Shown here one piece after another: positions 19,947 through 31,627 of a DNA stretch of 64,000 nt. The translations under genes and the position numbers were made by a program. This DNA comes from Candidatus Methylomirabilales bacterium (lineage in GTDB: Bacteria; Methylomirabilota; Methylomirabilia; Methylomirabilales; CSP1-5). The notes under the pieces were generated by a model. The model was given only the letters and a program-made list of their open reading frames with translations, made no database searches and was not told where the DNA came from. Each line of letters starts with the position of its first letter. Position 1 is the stretch's first letter. Where the stretch lies: contig JBHIAH010000004.1 of the NCBI GenBank assembly GCA_046758505.1, positions 1 to 64,000 on the forward strand, written 5' to 3'.

Positions 19947-20018
19947 GTTCATGGTTCAGGGAAACGACAAAGGAGGGGATGTGCTTTTCTCTGAACTATG
20001 AACCCTGAACCTTGAACC
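19947..20018. repeat. Heptamer-based inverted repeat between convergent rel and rpmB
   Basis: GTTCATGGTTCAGGGAAA (19947-64) vs TTTCTCTGAACTATGAAC (19986-20003), 16/18 complementary; TGAAC-based heptamers continue to 20018. Confidence 0.8.
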
Positions 20019-20035
20019 GGGCCGCCCTGCGGCCC

Positions 20036-20236
20036 CTAGCTGGCCTTTTGAACTTTCCCTGAGCGGAGACAGCGGGTACAGACATGGATATAGCGAGGGG
20101 CTTTGTTGATGAGGGCATGGACTCGCTGAACGTTGGGCAGCTGCCTGCGTTTGCTCACGTTGTGCGCGTGGCTAATCCGGTGGGCGACCCGTGGCCCCTT
20201 CCCGCAGATCTCGCATCGACGCTTGATATGGGCCAT
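20036..20236 (-). CDS. rpmB: 50S ribosomal protein L28 (Zn-ribbon form)
   Basis: MAHIKRRCEICGK..ISHAHN..PNVQ..VCTRCLRS. Confidence 0.95.
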   Translation of the reverse strand: MAHIKRRCEICGKGPRVAHRISHAHNVSKRRQLPNVQRVHALINKAPRYIHVCTRCLRSGKVQKAS

Positions 20237-20284
20237 GAAAGCCCCCTCCGGCTGGTTGGCGTTGTCCTCCTCCGAACGCAAGCG

Positions 20285-20313
20285 ACTTTATCGTACTTCA
20301 TATGAGAAGGCAA
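20285..20313 (-). promoter_or_regulatory. Candidate sigma70 promoter for rpmB
   Basis: Minus strand TTGCCT-N17-TAAAGT. Confidence 0.45.
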
Positions 20314-22392
20314 CAAATTTCTTCAGCGTCGGGCGCCCCGAGTTTCGACACGCCTGTTCAATGCCTCATGGGGGTGGGACCGAAACGCGCGCAGGCGCTG
20401 GCCCGTCTTGGAGTCCGCACGGTCCGCGATGCGCTCTACCTTCGTCCCCTTCGGCACGAAGACCGAAGACACCTTCGACCGATCCGAGATCTCCAACCGG
20501 GATTGCAGGAGACGGTGATGGGAGAGGTCAAGGGGGCGAGTGTCACGCCGACCCGTCGCGGGATAAAAATCCTCTCGGTTATTGTCGGAGACGGAACCGG
20601 GACCCTCATCGCGAAGTGGTTTCATCAGCCCTACCTCAAGTCTCGATTCCCACCGGGCCACCGTGTCGTCCTGTCGGGGAAGGTCAACTGGGGTCCGGGT
20701 CTCGAGATGGTGAATCCGGATTACGAGGCGTGGCAAGATGGAACCTCTACCCACACAGGCCGCGTCGTCCCCATCTATCCGTTGGTGGAAGGGCTGTTCC
20801 AGCGCTGGCTCCGGAGCTTCATGCAAGATCTCATCGGAGCATGGGCCTCGCGCGTTCCGGATTTCCTCCCCCACGAGATCCGCCGGCGCCACGGCTTCAT
20901 GGCCCTCCCCGACGCGCTCCGGGCAATCCACCTCCCCGACCGGATGAGCGAGGTAGAGGCGGGCAAGAGGCGCCTCGCTTTCGATGACCTTCTCCTCTTG
21001 AGCCTGGGTGTGGTCCGCATGCGTCAGAGGGCAGCAGCGGACGTCGCAGTCGCCATGCAGGGGGCTCCAGGCGTGGAGCAGGCGGTGCGGGCATGCCTCG
21101 GATTTGAACTCACGCCCGGTCAGGAGCGGGTGCTCGCAGAGATCAAGGCCGATATGGCCCGGTCCCGGCCCATGACCCGCCTCTTGCAGGGGGACGTGGG
21201 GTCCGGGAAAACCGCCGTGGCGCTCCTCGCCATGGTCCATGCGGTAGGAAGCGGCTACCAGGGGGCGATCATGGCGCCGACGGAAATCCTGGCGGAGCAA
21301 CACTACGTGAAGGCGCAGGCCCTGCTCACACCCGTGGGGATTCGGGTCGGGTTCCTGAGCGGGGGAGTGAGCGCCACAGAGCGGGAGAGACTCCGACACT
21401 CCATTGCCACCGGGGAGTTGCACGGGGTCATCGGCACGCATGCCCTTCTTCAGGAGGCGGTCAGCTTTCATCGTTTGGGCTTCGTCATCGTGGACGAGCA
21501 GCACCGCTTCGGGGTCAGGCAACGTGCGGAACTCACCGCCAAGGGTTCTCGCCCCCACACCCTGGTCATGACCGCGACCCCCATTCCCCGGACGTTGGCC
21601 CTTACCTTGTACGGCGACCTGGATCTCTCCATTATCGATGGACTGCCGCCGGGCCGGCAGCCGGTCAAGACGGAACTCGTGCCCGAGGGAATGCGCCTTC
21701 AGGCGTACCGATGTGTCATGGAAGAGGTGCGAAACGGAGGAGCCGCCTACGTCATCTGTCCCCTGGTGGAAGAGAACGCCGAGGCCGATCTCAAGGCGGC
21801 GACGAGTCTGGCCGCTGAGCTCCGGCAGGGGATCCTTCAGGGGACCACCGTAGGGTGCCTCCACGGGCGGATGCGGACCGAGGAAAAAAGAGAGGTCATG
21901 GACGCCTTCCGCACGGGGACCGTTCAGGTCTTGGTGGCGACCACGGTGGTGGAAGTGGGAATGGACGTGCCGCGGGCGACGGTGGTCGTGGTGGAGCATG
22001 CCGACCGCCTCGGCCTCACGCAACTCCACCAGATCCGGGGACGGGTCGGACGGGCCCACCGCCACGCCACCTGCTTCCTCATTCACGGCCATCACCTGAC
22101 GGAGGAGGGGAGGGCGAGGCTCCAGGCCATGGCAGAGTGTGCCGACGGCTTTCAGATTGCCGAGCGGGATCTAGAACTCAGGGGCCCGGGAGAGCTCTTC
22201 GGTACGAGGCAGGCGGGGTTCCCTGACCTGGAGATGACACACCTGCTCCGAGACGTCCACCTGATCGAGGCCGCGCGACACGAGGCCGCGAAGCTGCTAG
22301 AGGCAGACCCCAACCTCACCGGCTATCCGCTTCTTCGCGACGCCTTCCAAGAGCGGTGGGAAGGGTCATTGGCGCTGGCCACCGTCGGCTGA
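20302..22392 (+). CDS. recG: ATP-dependent DNA helicase RecG
   Basis: RLLQGDVGSGKT, DEQHRFG, MTATPIPRT, QLHQIRGRVGR, DLELRGPGE. Confidence 0.97.
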   Translation: MRRQQISSASGAPSFDTPVQCLMGVGPKRAQALARLGVRTVRDALYLRPLRHEDRRHLRPIRDLQPGLQETVMGEVKGASVTPTRRGIKILSVIVGDGTGTLIAKWFHQPYLKSRFPPGHRVVLSGKVNWGPGLEMVNPDYEAWQDGTSTHTGRVVPIYPLVEGLFQRWLRSFMQDLIGAWASRVPDFLPHEIRRRHGFMALPDALRAIHLPDRMSEVEAGKRRLAFDDLLLLSLGVVRMRQRAAADVAVAMQGAPGVEQAVRACLGFELTPGQERVLAEIKADMARSRPMTRLLQGDVGSGKTAVALLAMVHAVGSGYQGAIMAPTEILAEQHYVKAQALLTPVGIRVGFLSGGVSATERERLRHSIATGELHGVIGTHALLQEAVSFHRLGFVIVDEQHRFGVRQRAELTAKGSRPHTLVMTATPIPRTLALTLYGDLDLSIIDGLPPGRQPVKTELVPEGMRLQAYRCVMEEVRNGGAAYVICPLVEENAEADLKAATSLAAELRQGILQGTTVGCLHGRMRTEEKREVMDAFRTGTVQVLVATTVVEVGMDVPRATVVVVEHADRLGLTQLHQIRGRVGRAHRHATCFLIHGHHLTEEGRARLQAMAECADGFQIAERDLELRGPGELFGTRQAGFPDLEMTHLLRDVHLIEAARHEAAKLLEADPNLTGYPLLRDAFQERWEGSLALATVG

Positions 22393-22400
22393 GGAAAGCT

Positions 22401-22474
22401 ATCCGCAGTCAGCGGTCAGCCATCAGCTACCCAGGTCTGTTCCTGTGCTGACTACTGGCAGCTGAGCGCTGGAT
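22401..22474. repeat. Heptamer-based imperfect inverted repeat between recG and rsmD
   Basis: GCAGTCA GCGGTCA GCCATCA GC ... GCTGACT ACTGGCA GCTGAGC GCTGG. Confidence 0.7.
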
Positions 22475-22481
22475 TTTTCGT

Positions 22482-23045
22482 ATGCGGGTCATCGCAGGCA
22501 AGGCCAAAGGACGGCGAATGCAAGTTCCGAGGCGGAAAGGGGTCCGCCCAACTTCTGACTACCTTCGCGAAGTGCTTTTTGATATCCTCGGGCCCTCGGT
22601 CCGCGGTGTCCGGTTTCTTGACCTCTACGCCGGGTCGGGGGCCGTGGGCATTGAAGCCCTCAGCCGCGGCGGTGCCGAGGTGATCTTTCTCGAGCAGGAT
22701 CCGGTCTGTCTCCGCACCCTCCGAGAGAATGCCGAGGCAGCCGGCCTCGCGCAAAGGCGGATCCTATCCGGCGATGTGCTGCGGATCCTGCCACGGCTTG
22801 CCCGGCGCGGCGAGTCCTTCGATATCATCTTTCTCGATCCCCCATACGGGAGCGGCCTCGCCCGGCGGACGCTGGAGGTCGTGGCCTCCGCCGATCTGCT
22901 CCAGCCTGGGGGAGTCGCCATCGTGGAGCACTTTGCGAAAGAGACGCTTCCGCCCCGGATTGGGAACCTGGAGCGGACCCGAGAGAAGGCGCACGGGCAG
23001 ACCCTGTTGAGCTTCTATGAGAGGGGAGCGGAGCATTGCCGGTGA
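22482..23045 (+). CDS. rsmD: 16S rRNA m2G966 methyltransferase
   Basis: MRVIAG, RPTSD, LDLYAGSG, EALSRG, FLDPPY. Confidence 0.95.
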   Translation: MRVIAGKAKGRRMQVPRRKGVRPTSDYLREVLFDILGPSVRGVRFLDLYAGSGAVGIEALSRGGAEVIFLEQDPVCLRTLRENAEAAGLAQRRILSGDVLRILPRLARRGESFDIIFLDPPYGSGLARRTLEVVASADLLQPGGVAIVEHFAKETLPPRIGNLERTREKAHGQTLLSFYERGAEHCR

Positions 23046-23545
23046 AGAGGCCCCTCGCAGTGTATCCCGGAACCTTTGATCCCTTTACCAACGGCCATCG
23101 GGACATCCTGGAGCGAGCGCTCAACGTCTTTCCCCGGATGATCGTGGCGGTCGCCGCCAATCCTGACAAGGCCCCCTTCTTTACGGTCGAGGAGCGTATG
23201 GAAATCATTCGGGATGCGGTCAGAGGCATGCGGGGGGTCCGGGTCGATGCCTTCGATACCCTCCTGGTGAATTACGTCAGGGCCGAGGGAGCCACCGTGG
23301 TGATTCGGGGTCTCCGGGCGATCTCCGACTTCGAGTACGAGTTTCAGATGGCCCTGATGAATCGCCGCATCGCGGAAGAGATTGAGACGGTCTTTCTGAT
23401 GCCCCACGAGTCATACAGCTACTTGAGCTCGCGGTTGGTCAAAGAGGTGTCGCAGCTTGGAGGCACGGTCAAGGGCCTGGTCTCCCCCCTCACAGAGCGG
23501 ATGCTCAAACAAAAATATCATCACTCCAAATACGGGAGGCGATAA
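23036..23545 (+). CDS. coaD: Phosphopantetheine adenylyltransferase
   Basis: YPGTFDPFTNGH, RGLRAISDFEYE, SSRLVKE. Confidence 0.97.
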   Translation: MPVKRPLAVYPGTFDPFTNGHRDILERALNVFPRMIVAVAANPDKAPFFTVEERMEIIRDAVRGMRGVRVDAFDTLLVNYVRAEGATVVIRGLRAISDFEYEFQMALMNRRIAEEIETVFLMPHESYSYLSSRLVKEVSQLGGTVKGLVSPLTERMLKQKYHHSKYGRR

Positions 23546-23555
23546 GGAGGTTTCA

Positions 23556-24755
23556 ATGCCACTGTCGCGGCGGGTCCGGAGTATCAGCCCCTCGTCGACG
23601 CTTGCCATTACCGCGATGGCCAAGCAGATGCAGGCGGAAGGCATCGATGTGATCAGCTTTGCGGGGGGCGAGCCCGACTTTGACACCCCCGAACACATCA
23701 AGGAAGCGGGGGTACGAGCCATCCGAGAGGGGTTTACCAAGTATACGACGCCCGCGGGGATTGAAGAGCTCCGGGATGCCGTGGTCGCCAAGCTCAAACG
23801 GGACAACGGGCTGGAGTACACCCGGGACGAAATCGTGACCTGTAACGGGTCCAAGCAGGCCCTCTATAATTTGGCGATGGTCCTCTTCGATAAGCGGGAC
23901 GAAGTCATCATTCCGGCGCCGTATTGGGTGAGCTATCCCGAACAGGTGCGTCTGGCGGACGCCACGCCGGTCTTTGCGCCCACCGCGGAAGGAGAGGGGT
24001 TTCGCCTGAAACGAAGGGACCTCGAGCGGGTGTTGACCCGCCGGACCAAGGCGGTGATCCTCAATTCCCCCTGTAACCCCACCGGTGCAGTGGTCGAAAG
24101 AGATGAACTCACGGCCATCGCTGATCTGGCCCTGGAAAAGGATTTCTATTTGGTGTCGGACGAAGCCTATGAGACTCTCACCTATGACGGGGTCAAGCAT
24201 GTGAGTGTCGCGTCGCTGGGAGACGAGATCAAGGCCCGAACCATTGTGGTGGGATCGGCCTCCAAAACCTACGCCATGACCGGGTGGCGTCTCGGGTATG
24301 CCGCAGGTCCCAAAGAGATCATCAAAGCCGTGAGCGATCTGCAGAGCCAATCGACCTCGGCCCCAACCTCTTTTTGTCAGAAGGCGACTGCAGCTGCCCT
24401 GTTGGGCCCCCAGGAGACGGTTGCCACGATGCGAGAGGAGTTCGAGAGGCGCCGGCGGTATCTCCTGGAGCGCCTCCAGGGAATTCCGGGAATCTCCTGC
24501 GTCCCGCCGCAGGGGACGTTTTACGCCTTCCCGAACGTGTCCAGCTTTTATGGGAAAAAGATGGCCCGCGGCCGCAAGATCGGCAGCTCGACCGATCTCG
24601 TGGCCTATCTCATTCGCGAGGCTCGGGTGACGGCCGTCCCGGGTGCCGATTTCGGAAGTGACAGGCACCTCCGTCTCTCCTATTGCCTCAATATGGAAAG
24701 GCTGCGGGAGGGGCTTGACCGGATGGCGATGGCCCTGGAGCACCTCAGGGGATAG
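23556..24755 (+). CDS. aspC: PLP-dependent aminotransferase class I/II (aspartate aminotransferase-like)
   Basis: SD AAGGAGG; GEPDFDTP, PYWVSY, NSPCNPTG, SDEAY, SKTYAMTGWRLGY. Confidence 0.9.
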   Translation: MPLSRRVRSISPSSTLAITAMAKQMQAEGIDVISFAGGEPDFDTPEHIKEAGVRAIREGFTKYTTPAGIEELRDAVVAKLKRDNGLEYTRDEIVTCNGSKQALYNLAMVLFDKRDEVIIPAPYWVSYPEQVRLADATPVFAPTAEGEGFRLKRRDLERVLTRRTKAVILNSPCNPTGAVVERDELTAIADLALEKDFYLVSDEAYETLTYDGVKHVSVASLGDEIKARTIVVGSASKTYAMTGWRLGYAAGPKEIIKAVSDLQSQSTSAPTSFCQKATAAALLGPQETVATMREEFERRRRYLLERLQGIPGISCVPPQGTFYAFPNVSSFYGKKMARGRKIGSSTDLVAYLIREARVTAVPGADFGSDRHLRLSYCLNMERLREGLDRMAMALEHLRG

Positions 24756-24838
24756 ATTCGTACATGGGAGAGCGGGACCGGCTCTGCAGTCACCCGCGGC
24801 CCGGGCACCGTGGAGTGCCGTGGTGCTTTCGCGCGACA

Positions 24839-26454
24839 ATGAAGCGAGGGATATACCTTGCGGTTGGCTTGATCCTCTGGGCAAGTGTGCCGATGGGAGA
24901 GGGAGGTCTCCCTCGGGCAGGTGGAAGCTACCACTACACTTTGGGGCCGTCGGACCCGCCGTCTCTGGATCCTGTCCACATCACGGACACCGTCTCCCAC
25001 GCGGTTGCGTCCGAACTGTATGACGGGCTCGTCACCTTCGACCCGAATCTGAAGATTCAGCCGGCGATTGCGAGACGCTGGGTCGTATCCGGAGACGGGC
25101 GTACCTATACCTTCGACCTGCGTCCGGGTGTCCGGTTTCACAACGGCCGGGCGGTGACCGCCGAGGACTTCCGGTATAGTTTCGAGCGTCTGCTCCATCC
25201 CGACACGCGATCAGAGCGAACGTGGATCCTGGAGAAGCTGCAGGGGGCCCGGGAGTTCATGATGGGGAAGGCCCCCGACGTATCGGGGATCAAGGTTCTG
25301 GGACCGCACAAGCTCCAGCTGACCCTGGAGCGGCCCTTCGCCCCCTTCCTGGCCTTGCTCGCCTATCCGGCTGCGAGCGTCGTGCCGCGGGAGGTCGTGG
25401 AGCGGTGGGGACGGCAGTTTTCGACCCATCCCGTGGGGACGGGGCCCTTCCGGTTTCGCGAGTGGCGCCACGACGATCGGGTGATCCTGAAGGCCAATCC
25501 GGACTACTTTCGGGGCGCCCCGTATCTCGACCAAATTGTCTTCCGGGTGATTCCCGATGAGATGAGCCGGTTTCAGGAGTTTCGGGCGGGGAACCTTGAC
25601 CACACCGACATCCCGACGGGCCTCTTCGCCGTGGTCCGGAATGATCCGTCGCTTAGCCGCATGCTGGCCTCCCGACCTTCTTTGGGGATTAATGCGATTC
25701 AGTTTAACCTGGAGCGATCACCCTTCCGGGGAAATCGCAAGCTGCGGCAGGCCTTCAATTACAGTGTGGACAAGGAGGCCATTGCGCAGGTGATCCTCGA
25801 GGGACGGGTTTTGTCGGCCCGATCCGTCCTCCCCCCGGGAATGTTTGCGCATAACCCGGAACTCCGAGGCTACCCCCACAACAAGAAACTAGCCGCGCGG
25901 CTCTTGGCGGAGGCGGGATATGCAGGGGGGAGGGGGCTTCCGCCCCTGCGGCTCTACTATAATACCGGCCTGGTCAACCGGAAGATCGCCGAGTTCATCC
26001 AGGGGGCGCTGCGCGCAATCGGGGTCACGATCGAGCTGCGAGAACTGGATTGGCCCGCCTATCTTAATCTCGTGGACAGGGGTGATGCACCCTTATTCCG
26101 TCTCGGGTGGCTGGCGGACTATCCCGATCCAGAGAACTTCCTCACCGTCCTCTTTCACAGCCGCAATCGGGGTTCCAAGGGGAATCTCTCCCGCTATGTC
26201 AATCCCCGGGTGGATGCATTGCTGGACCAGGCCGATGCGAGCCTGGATCCCCGCATACGAAGTCGCCTCTACCGCGAGGCGGAGAAGATCATCGTGGAGG
26301 ATGCCCCCTGGATTTTTCTCCATTACTACAGCACCGACGTCTTGATCCAACCCTGGGTGAAGGGCCTCCGGGAGCAGATCTCGGCGATGGACAGCGCGCC
26401 AACCCTCGGGGCGGTCCAGATGCGGAAAGTGTGGCTGGAGAGGGAGCAGAGGCG

Positions 26455-26458
<4 letters not shown>
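24839..26458 (+). CDS. Peptide/nickel ABC transporter substrate-binding protein (family 5)
   Basis: DPPSLDP, LYDGLV, LRPGVRFHNG, PVGTGPF, GWLADYPDPENFL. Confidence 0.93.
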
Positions 26459-27493
<1,035 letters not shown>

Positions 27494-27510
<17 letters not shown>

Positions 27511-27617
27511 GTCCAATTATTCAATTCCCAACCCTAGGGACCCGCCCTGGGCTTGTGAGAAAAGGGGATAAGTCCAATTATTCAATTCCCAACCCTAGGG
27601 ACCCGCCCTGGGCTTGT
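27494..27617. repeat. Perfect 61-bp tandem duplication
   Basis: 27494-27554 equals 27555-27615 (plus GT); includes the ltaE stop codon. Confidence 0.95.
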
Positions 27618-27725
27618 CGAAGGGTTGACACAGCGCCCGACGGGAATAAAGTAGCTCCCATGGGGGCTTAGGGGGTACGGGGACAGCAGGATGGGAGAAG
27701 TAGGCACGCGAGACGCCGACAATGC

Positions 27726-27771
27726 CAAAGCACCGGGCGGGCTTGGATAGCTCCCCGGTGCTTTGTGTTTT
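27726..27771 (+). terminator. Intrinsic terminator-like hairpin
   Basis: 12-bp perfect stem CAAAGCACCGGG/CCCGGTGCTTTG followed by TGTTTT. Confidence 0.65.
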
Positions 27772-28165
27772 GGGGCGTACTGGTGGACCACGGGAGGAGT
27801 GAGAGGCGTGCAGTGCGACGGTTGGATTCCGTGCCGATGAACCCGAGGAACGGGGATGTCAAGATTCAAGACCTGACCCCACCGACTGGACCTAGCTTTC
27901 CACATCATGCCTAGTGGAAGCCCAGCTTTAGCCAGGCGTCGGATCGAGCAGCCCGTCTGCTTCCTTCGGCGCCCGGTGTGACTTGTCCCGTCTGACTATC
28001 ACACGAAGGAAAGGGGTAGGCTATTTCTGCCTCGTGCGATATGAGAAGGAGGGGGGTCGTGGGGACGCTTGAGAGAGTGCGCCGGATATGCTAATGTCCT
28101 ATCATCACTCGAAAAGTACGCATTCACGAAGGCTTCGCAGGATAGTCATTTTCGGAGGGATGGTG

Positions 28166-28588
28166 ATGGGATGTATTTTTTGCCAGATCCGCGACGGGCA
28201 GATCCCGTCGACCCGGGTTTACGAAGACGACAAGACAATCGCGTTCATGGACATCAATCCGATTAATCAGGGGCACCTCCTGGTCATCCCCAAGAACCAC
28301 GCCGATACCATCTTTGATATTTCTCCCGCGGATCTCGGCGCGATTGCGGCGACGGTCAAAAAGGTGGCGGGGGCGATGCGACAGGCACTCCGGCCCGACG
28401 GACTCAACCTCTTCCAGGCGAATGGGACGGCGGCCGGGCAGGTCGTTCCACATGTCCACGTGCACCTGATTCCGCGGTGGACGGGCGACGGCAAGGGCTT
28501 TGACTGGCAGCTGGTCAAGGGGGATCCGGACCGGATCAAGGCGACCGCGGAACAGATTCGGACCCACGTCCCGCTGGAAGGCGCGTGA
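28166..28588 (+). CDS. HIT family (Hint-like) nucleotide hydrolase
   Basis: CIFCQI, DINPINQGHLLVIPK, GQVVPHVHVHLIPR. Confidence 0.93.
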   Translation: MGCIFCQIRDGQIPSTRVYEDDKTIAFMDINPINQGHLLVIPKNHADTIFDISPADLGAIAATVKKVAGAMRQALRPDGLNLFQANGTAAGQVVPHVHVHLIPRWTGDGKGFDWQLVKGDPDRIKATAEQIRTHVPLEGA

Positions 28589-28820
28589 AGGGGTCCTTCC
28601 TTTCCGCGCTGATCGAGAGGGTGGTCTCCTGCGCCACGTCGATCTTCGTTTCCCCCCGTGTGCAGTGCGTGCGAACCATGTATCCTGTCACCTTTGACTC
28701 GGACATCGATCGAGTGAAGCCGACGTGTCCCGCCGGGGACCTCCGCCTCCCACCCGCAAACAGTCTGATGTTCCGCGACGGCGTGCCCGCGTCAGGGCGA
28801 GGACGAGGCTCTGGGGGCGC

Positions 28821-29753
28821 ATGATGCGATACCTTTTGAGTAGATGTCGACAGGCCATACCGGTTCTCTTTGGCGTGACGCTCATCACCTTCCTCTTGAC
28901 CCACGTGGCCCTTGGAGACCCGGTTCGGGCGATGATGGGCCAGCGTGCAGACCCCGAGATGGTCGCCAGGATCCGAACGGAATACGGCCTCGATAAGCCG
29001 CTCTGGAGCCGCTATACCCTCTACATGGGAAAACTCCTTGTCGGCGATCTCGGGTACTCCTATCGACGGGAGCGACCGGTGAGTCGCGTCCTTGCCGAGC
29101 GGCTTCCGGCCACGGTGCGCCTGGCGGTCGCCGCAATGATCGTGGCAGTGATCCTGGGCATCGGAGCAGGGACCGTCGCTGCAATGCGGCATAACACCCC
29201 GTGGGATCTCTGCATGATGACCCTCTCCCTCCTCGGGATTTCGACCCCCGTCTTTTGGCTTGGCATGATGTTGATCTTACTCTTTGCGGTCTGGCTGGGA
29301 TGGTTTCCGATCTCGGGCTACGGTGACGGAGCCTTCAGTCACCTTGTCCTCCCGGCCCTTACGCTGGGAGCCCTCCAGGCGGGCTACTTCGCCCGGATGA
29401 CGCGGAGCGCCCTCTTGGAGGTTCTCCGACAAGAGTATGTTCGAACGGCCCGGGCCAAAGGCCTCACAGAGCGCGTGGTCATCCTGAAGCACGGTCTTCG
29501 GAATGGGATCGTACCGGTCCTCACGCTGGCCGGGATCGGTCTGGGAGATCTGCTCGTGGGGGCGCCCCTGACCGAGACCGTCTTTGCCTGGCCGGGACTC
29601 GGCCGGCTCCTGGTGGCGTCGGTGGGCAACCGTGATCTCCCAGTGGTCTTAGGAGCTACCCTTCTCTTTGCCCTCATCTACCTGGGGGCAAATCTCCTCG
29701 TCGATCTGGCGTACGCACTCGTAGATCCGCGAGTCAGGTTAACGGAGCGATAG
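28821..29753 (+). CDS. Peptide ABC transporter permease (DppB/OppB-like)
   Basis: GLDKPL, DLGYSY, YVRTARAKGL, TETVFAWPGLG. Confidence 0.93.
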   Translation: MMRYLLSRCRQAIPVLFGVTLITFLLTHVALGDPVRAMMGQRADPEMVARIRTEYGLDKPLWSRYTLYMGKLLVGDLGYSYRRERPVSRVLAERLPATVRLAVAAMIVAVILGIGAGTVAAMRHNTPWDLCMMTLSLLGISTPVFWLGMMLILLFAVWLGWFPISGYGDGAFSHLVLPALTLGALQAGYFARMTRSALLEVLRQEYVRTARAKGLTERVVILKHGLRNGIVPVLTLAGIGLGDLLVGAPLTETVFAWPGLGRLLVASVGNRDLPVVLGATLLFALIYLGANLLVDLAYALVDPRVRLTER

Positions 29754-29758
29754 GTCCG

Positions 29759-30637
29759 GTGCTCCAACGTCTACGCAAAGCCACACGGCCGTATCGAGGA
29801 GGCCCTGCGGGGAGCCGGCAATGGCACCTCGGAATACTCTTCGGGTCCCTGGTCCTGCTCTTCTTTGGCCTGATAGCCCTCCTGTCCCCCCTTCTCTCGC
29901 CGTATGACCCGTATCAAATTCCCGAAAGACTGCAGGCGTTCAGTCTCCTCCCCCCGCAAGCGGACCACTGGCTCGGGACCGATTTGTTGGGTCGGGACCT
30001 GCTGAGCCGGATCCTATATGGGGCGCGGGTCTCCCTGGTGGTGGGCATCGTCGTGGAGCTCATCGTGACCCCCGTCGGGGTCACAATCGGCTTGTTTGCC
30101 GGGTACTTCGGTGGTAGGATCGATGCCATTTTGATGCGCATTACCGATGCGGTCATGGCCTTTCCAGCGCTGGTCTTGGCCATCGCGCTGACCGCGGTCT
30201 TGGAGCGGCCCGGCCTCCTGAGCGTGATTATCGTGCTCACGGCCGTTCGGTGGACGACGACGGCCCGGCTGGTGCGCGGGCAGGTCCTCAGCCTGCGAGA
30301 GGCGGAGCACATCGCAGCGGTCACCGCCCTGGGAGCGGGGAAGGGGAGGATCATCTTTCGGCATCTCCTCCCCAACTGTCTCGCCCCCATCCTGGTGGCC
30401 ATGAGTTTCGGCGTGGCCTCAAACATCCTCTCAGAAGCGGGCCTCGGCTTCCTGGGGCTTGGGGTCCAGCCCCCGACCGTGAGCTGGGGGTCCCTCCTCG
30501 CCGAGGGGGCCGTTTATCTCACCGTCAAGCCCTGGCTGTGTATCTTCCCGGGTCTGGCCATCACCGGTACCGTCCTTGGCTTCCATGTGCTGGGGGACGG
30601 TCTCCGCGATGTCCTCGACCCGCGGCTGAGGTCCTAG
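29759..30637 (+). CDS. Peptide ABC transporter permease (DppC/OppC-like)
   Basis: [35 protein letters not shown]. Confidence 0.93.
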   Translation: MLQRLRKATRPYRGGPAGSRQWHLGILFGSLVLLFFGLIALLSPLLSPYDPYQIPERLQAFSLLPPQADHWLGTDLLGRDLLSRILYGARVSLVVGIVVELIVTPVGVTIGLFAGYFGGRIDAILMRITDAVMAFPALVLAIALTAVLERPGLLSVIIVLTAVRWTTTARLVRGQVLSLREAEHIAAVTALGAGKGRIIFRHLLPNCLAPILVAMSFGVASNILSEAGLGFLGLGVQPPTVSWGSLLAEGAVYLTVKPWLCIFPGLAITGTVLGFHVLGDGLRDVLDPRLRS

Positions 30638-30640
30638 CTG

Positions 30641-31621
30641 ATGACGCAAGATGGTACCCTGTTGGCGGTGGAGGACCTGCAGACCCACTTCTTCACGGAG
30701 GATGGGGTGGTGCGGGCTGTGGACGGTGTCACCCTCAGTGTCCGACCCGGCGAGACGCTCGGCCTCGTGGGGGAGTCGGGCTGCGGCAAGACGGTCACCG
30801 CGCTCTCCATCCTTCGATTGATTCCCGATCCCCCGGGAAAGATCGTGGGTGGCACCATTGCCTTTGAAGGACGGGACCTCGTGCACCTCCCGGAAGAAGA
30901 GCTTCGAAAGATCCGTGGCAGGGCCATCTCCATGGTTTTCCAGGAGCCCATGACTTCCCTCAACCCGGTTTTTACGGTGGGGGAGCAAGTGGCGGAAGGA
31001 ATCCGCCACCACGAGAAGGTCCCCAAGCGCGAGGCATGGGAGCGGGCCGTTCACGTGCTGGGGCGGGTCAAGATTCCCGATCCCGCCCGGCGGGCGCATG
31101 AGTACCCGCATCAGCTCTCGGGGGGGATGCGTCAGCGCGTCATGATTGCCATGGCGCTTGCCTTGGGCCCGAGACTCCTCATCGCGGACGAGCCTACCAC
31201 GGCGCTCGACGTGACGATTCAGGCCCAGATCCTCGAGCTGCTCCTCGCGCTCCAGCAAGAGATGAAGATGGCGGTCATGCTCATCACCCATGATCTCGGG
31301 GTCATCGCCGAGACAGCCGACCGCGTGGTGGTGATGTATGCGGGCCGGGTCGTGGAAGAGGCGCCGGTCCAAGAACTCTTTGAGAATCCCCTGCATCCCT
31401 ACACCCAGGGCCTGCTGGAATCTCTGCCCAGGCTGGAGGCCGGGAAGGCACGGCGACGCTTGACCGCGATCCCCGGCCTGGTCCCCAATCTCCTGGAGCT
31501 CCCAAGCGGATGCAAGTTTGCCCCTCGGTGCCCCAAGGTGGTGGGGGAGTGCTGGCCTACGGAGCCGGCACTGCGTGAGATCCGGCCGCGCCACCGGGCC
31601 CGGTGCATCTTGGCGTCGTGA
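30641..31621 (+). CDS. Peptide ABC transporter ATPase (DppD/OppD-like)
   Basis: [41 protein letters not shown]. Confidence 0.95.
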   Translation: MTQDGTLLAVEDLQTHFFTEDGVVRAVDGVTLSVRPGETLGLVGESGCGKTVTALSILRLIPDPPGKIVGGTIAFEGRDLVHLPEEELRKIRGRAISMVFQEPMTSLNPVFTVGEQVAEGIRHHEKVPKREAWERAVHVLGRVKIPDPARRAHEYPHQLSGGMRQRVMIAMALALGPRLLIADEPTTALDVTIQAQILELLLALQQEMKMAVMLITHDLGVIAETADRVVVMYAGRVVEEAPVQELFENPLHPYTQGLLESLPRLEAGKARRRLTAIPGLVPNLLELPSGCKFAPRCPKVVGECWPTEPALREIRPRHRARCILAS

Positions 31622-31627
31622 CGCGCA

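Noticed and set aside
18201..19952. Long antisense ORFs (also 10510-12039, 20323-22095, 23553-24884, 49089-50459, 56311-57669)
   Set aside because: Shadow frames of well-supported genes in high-GC DNA, with no recognisable motifs.
27650..28020. tmRNA, RNase P RNA, SRP RNA or a known riboswitch
   Set aside because: No tRNA-like ends with CCA, no GAGGAAAGTCC, no SRP loop motif and no recognisable aptamer consensus.
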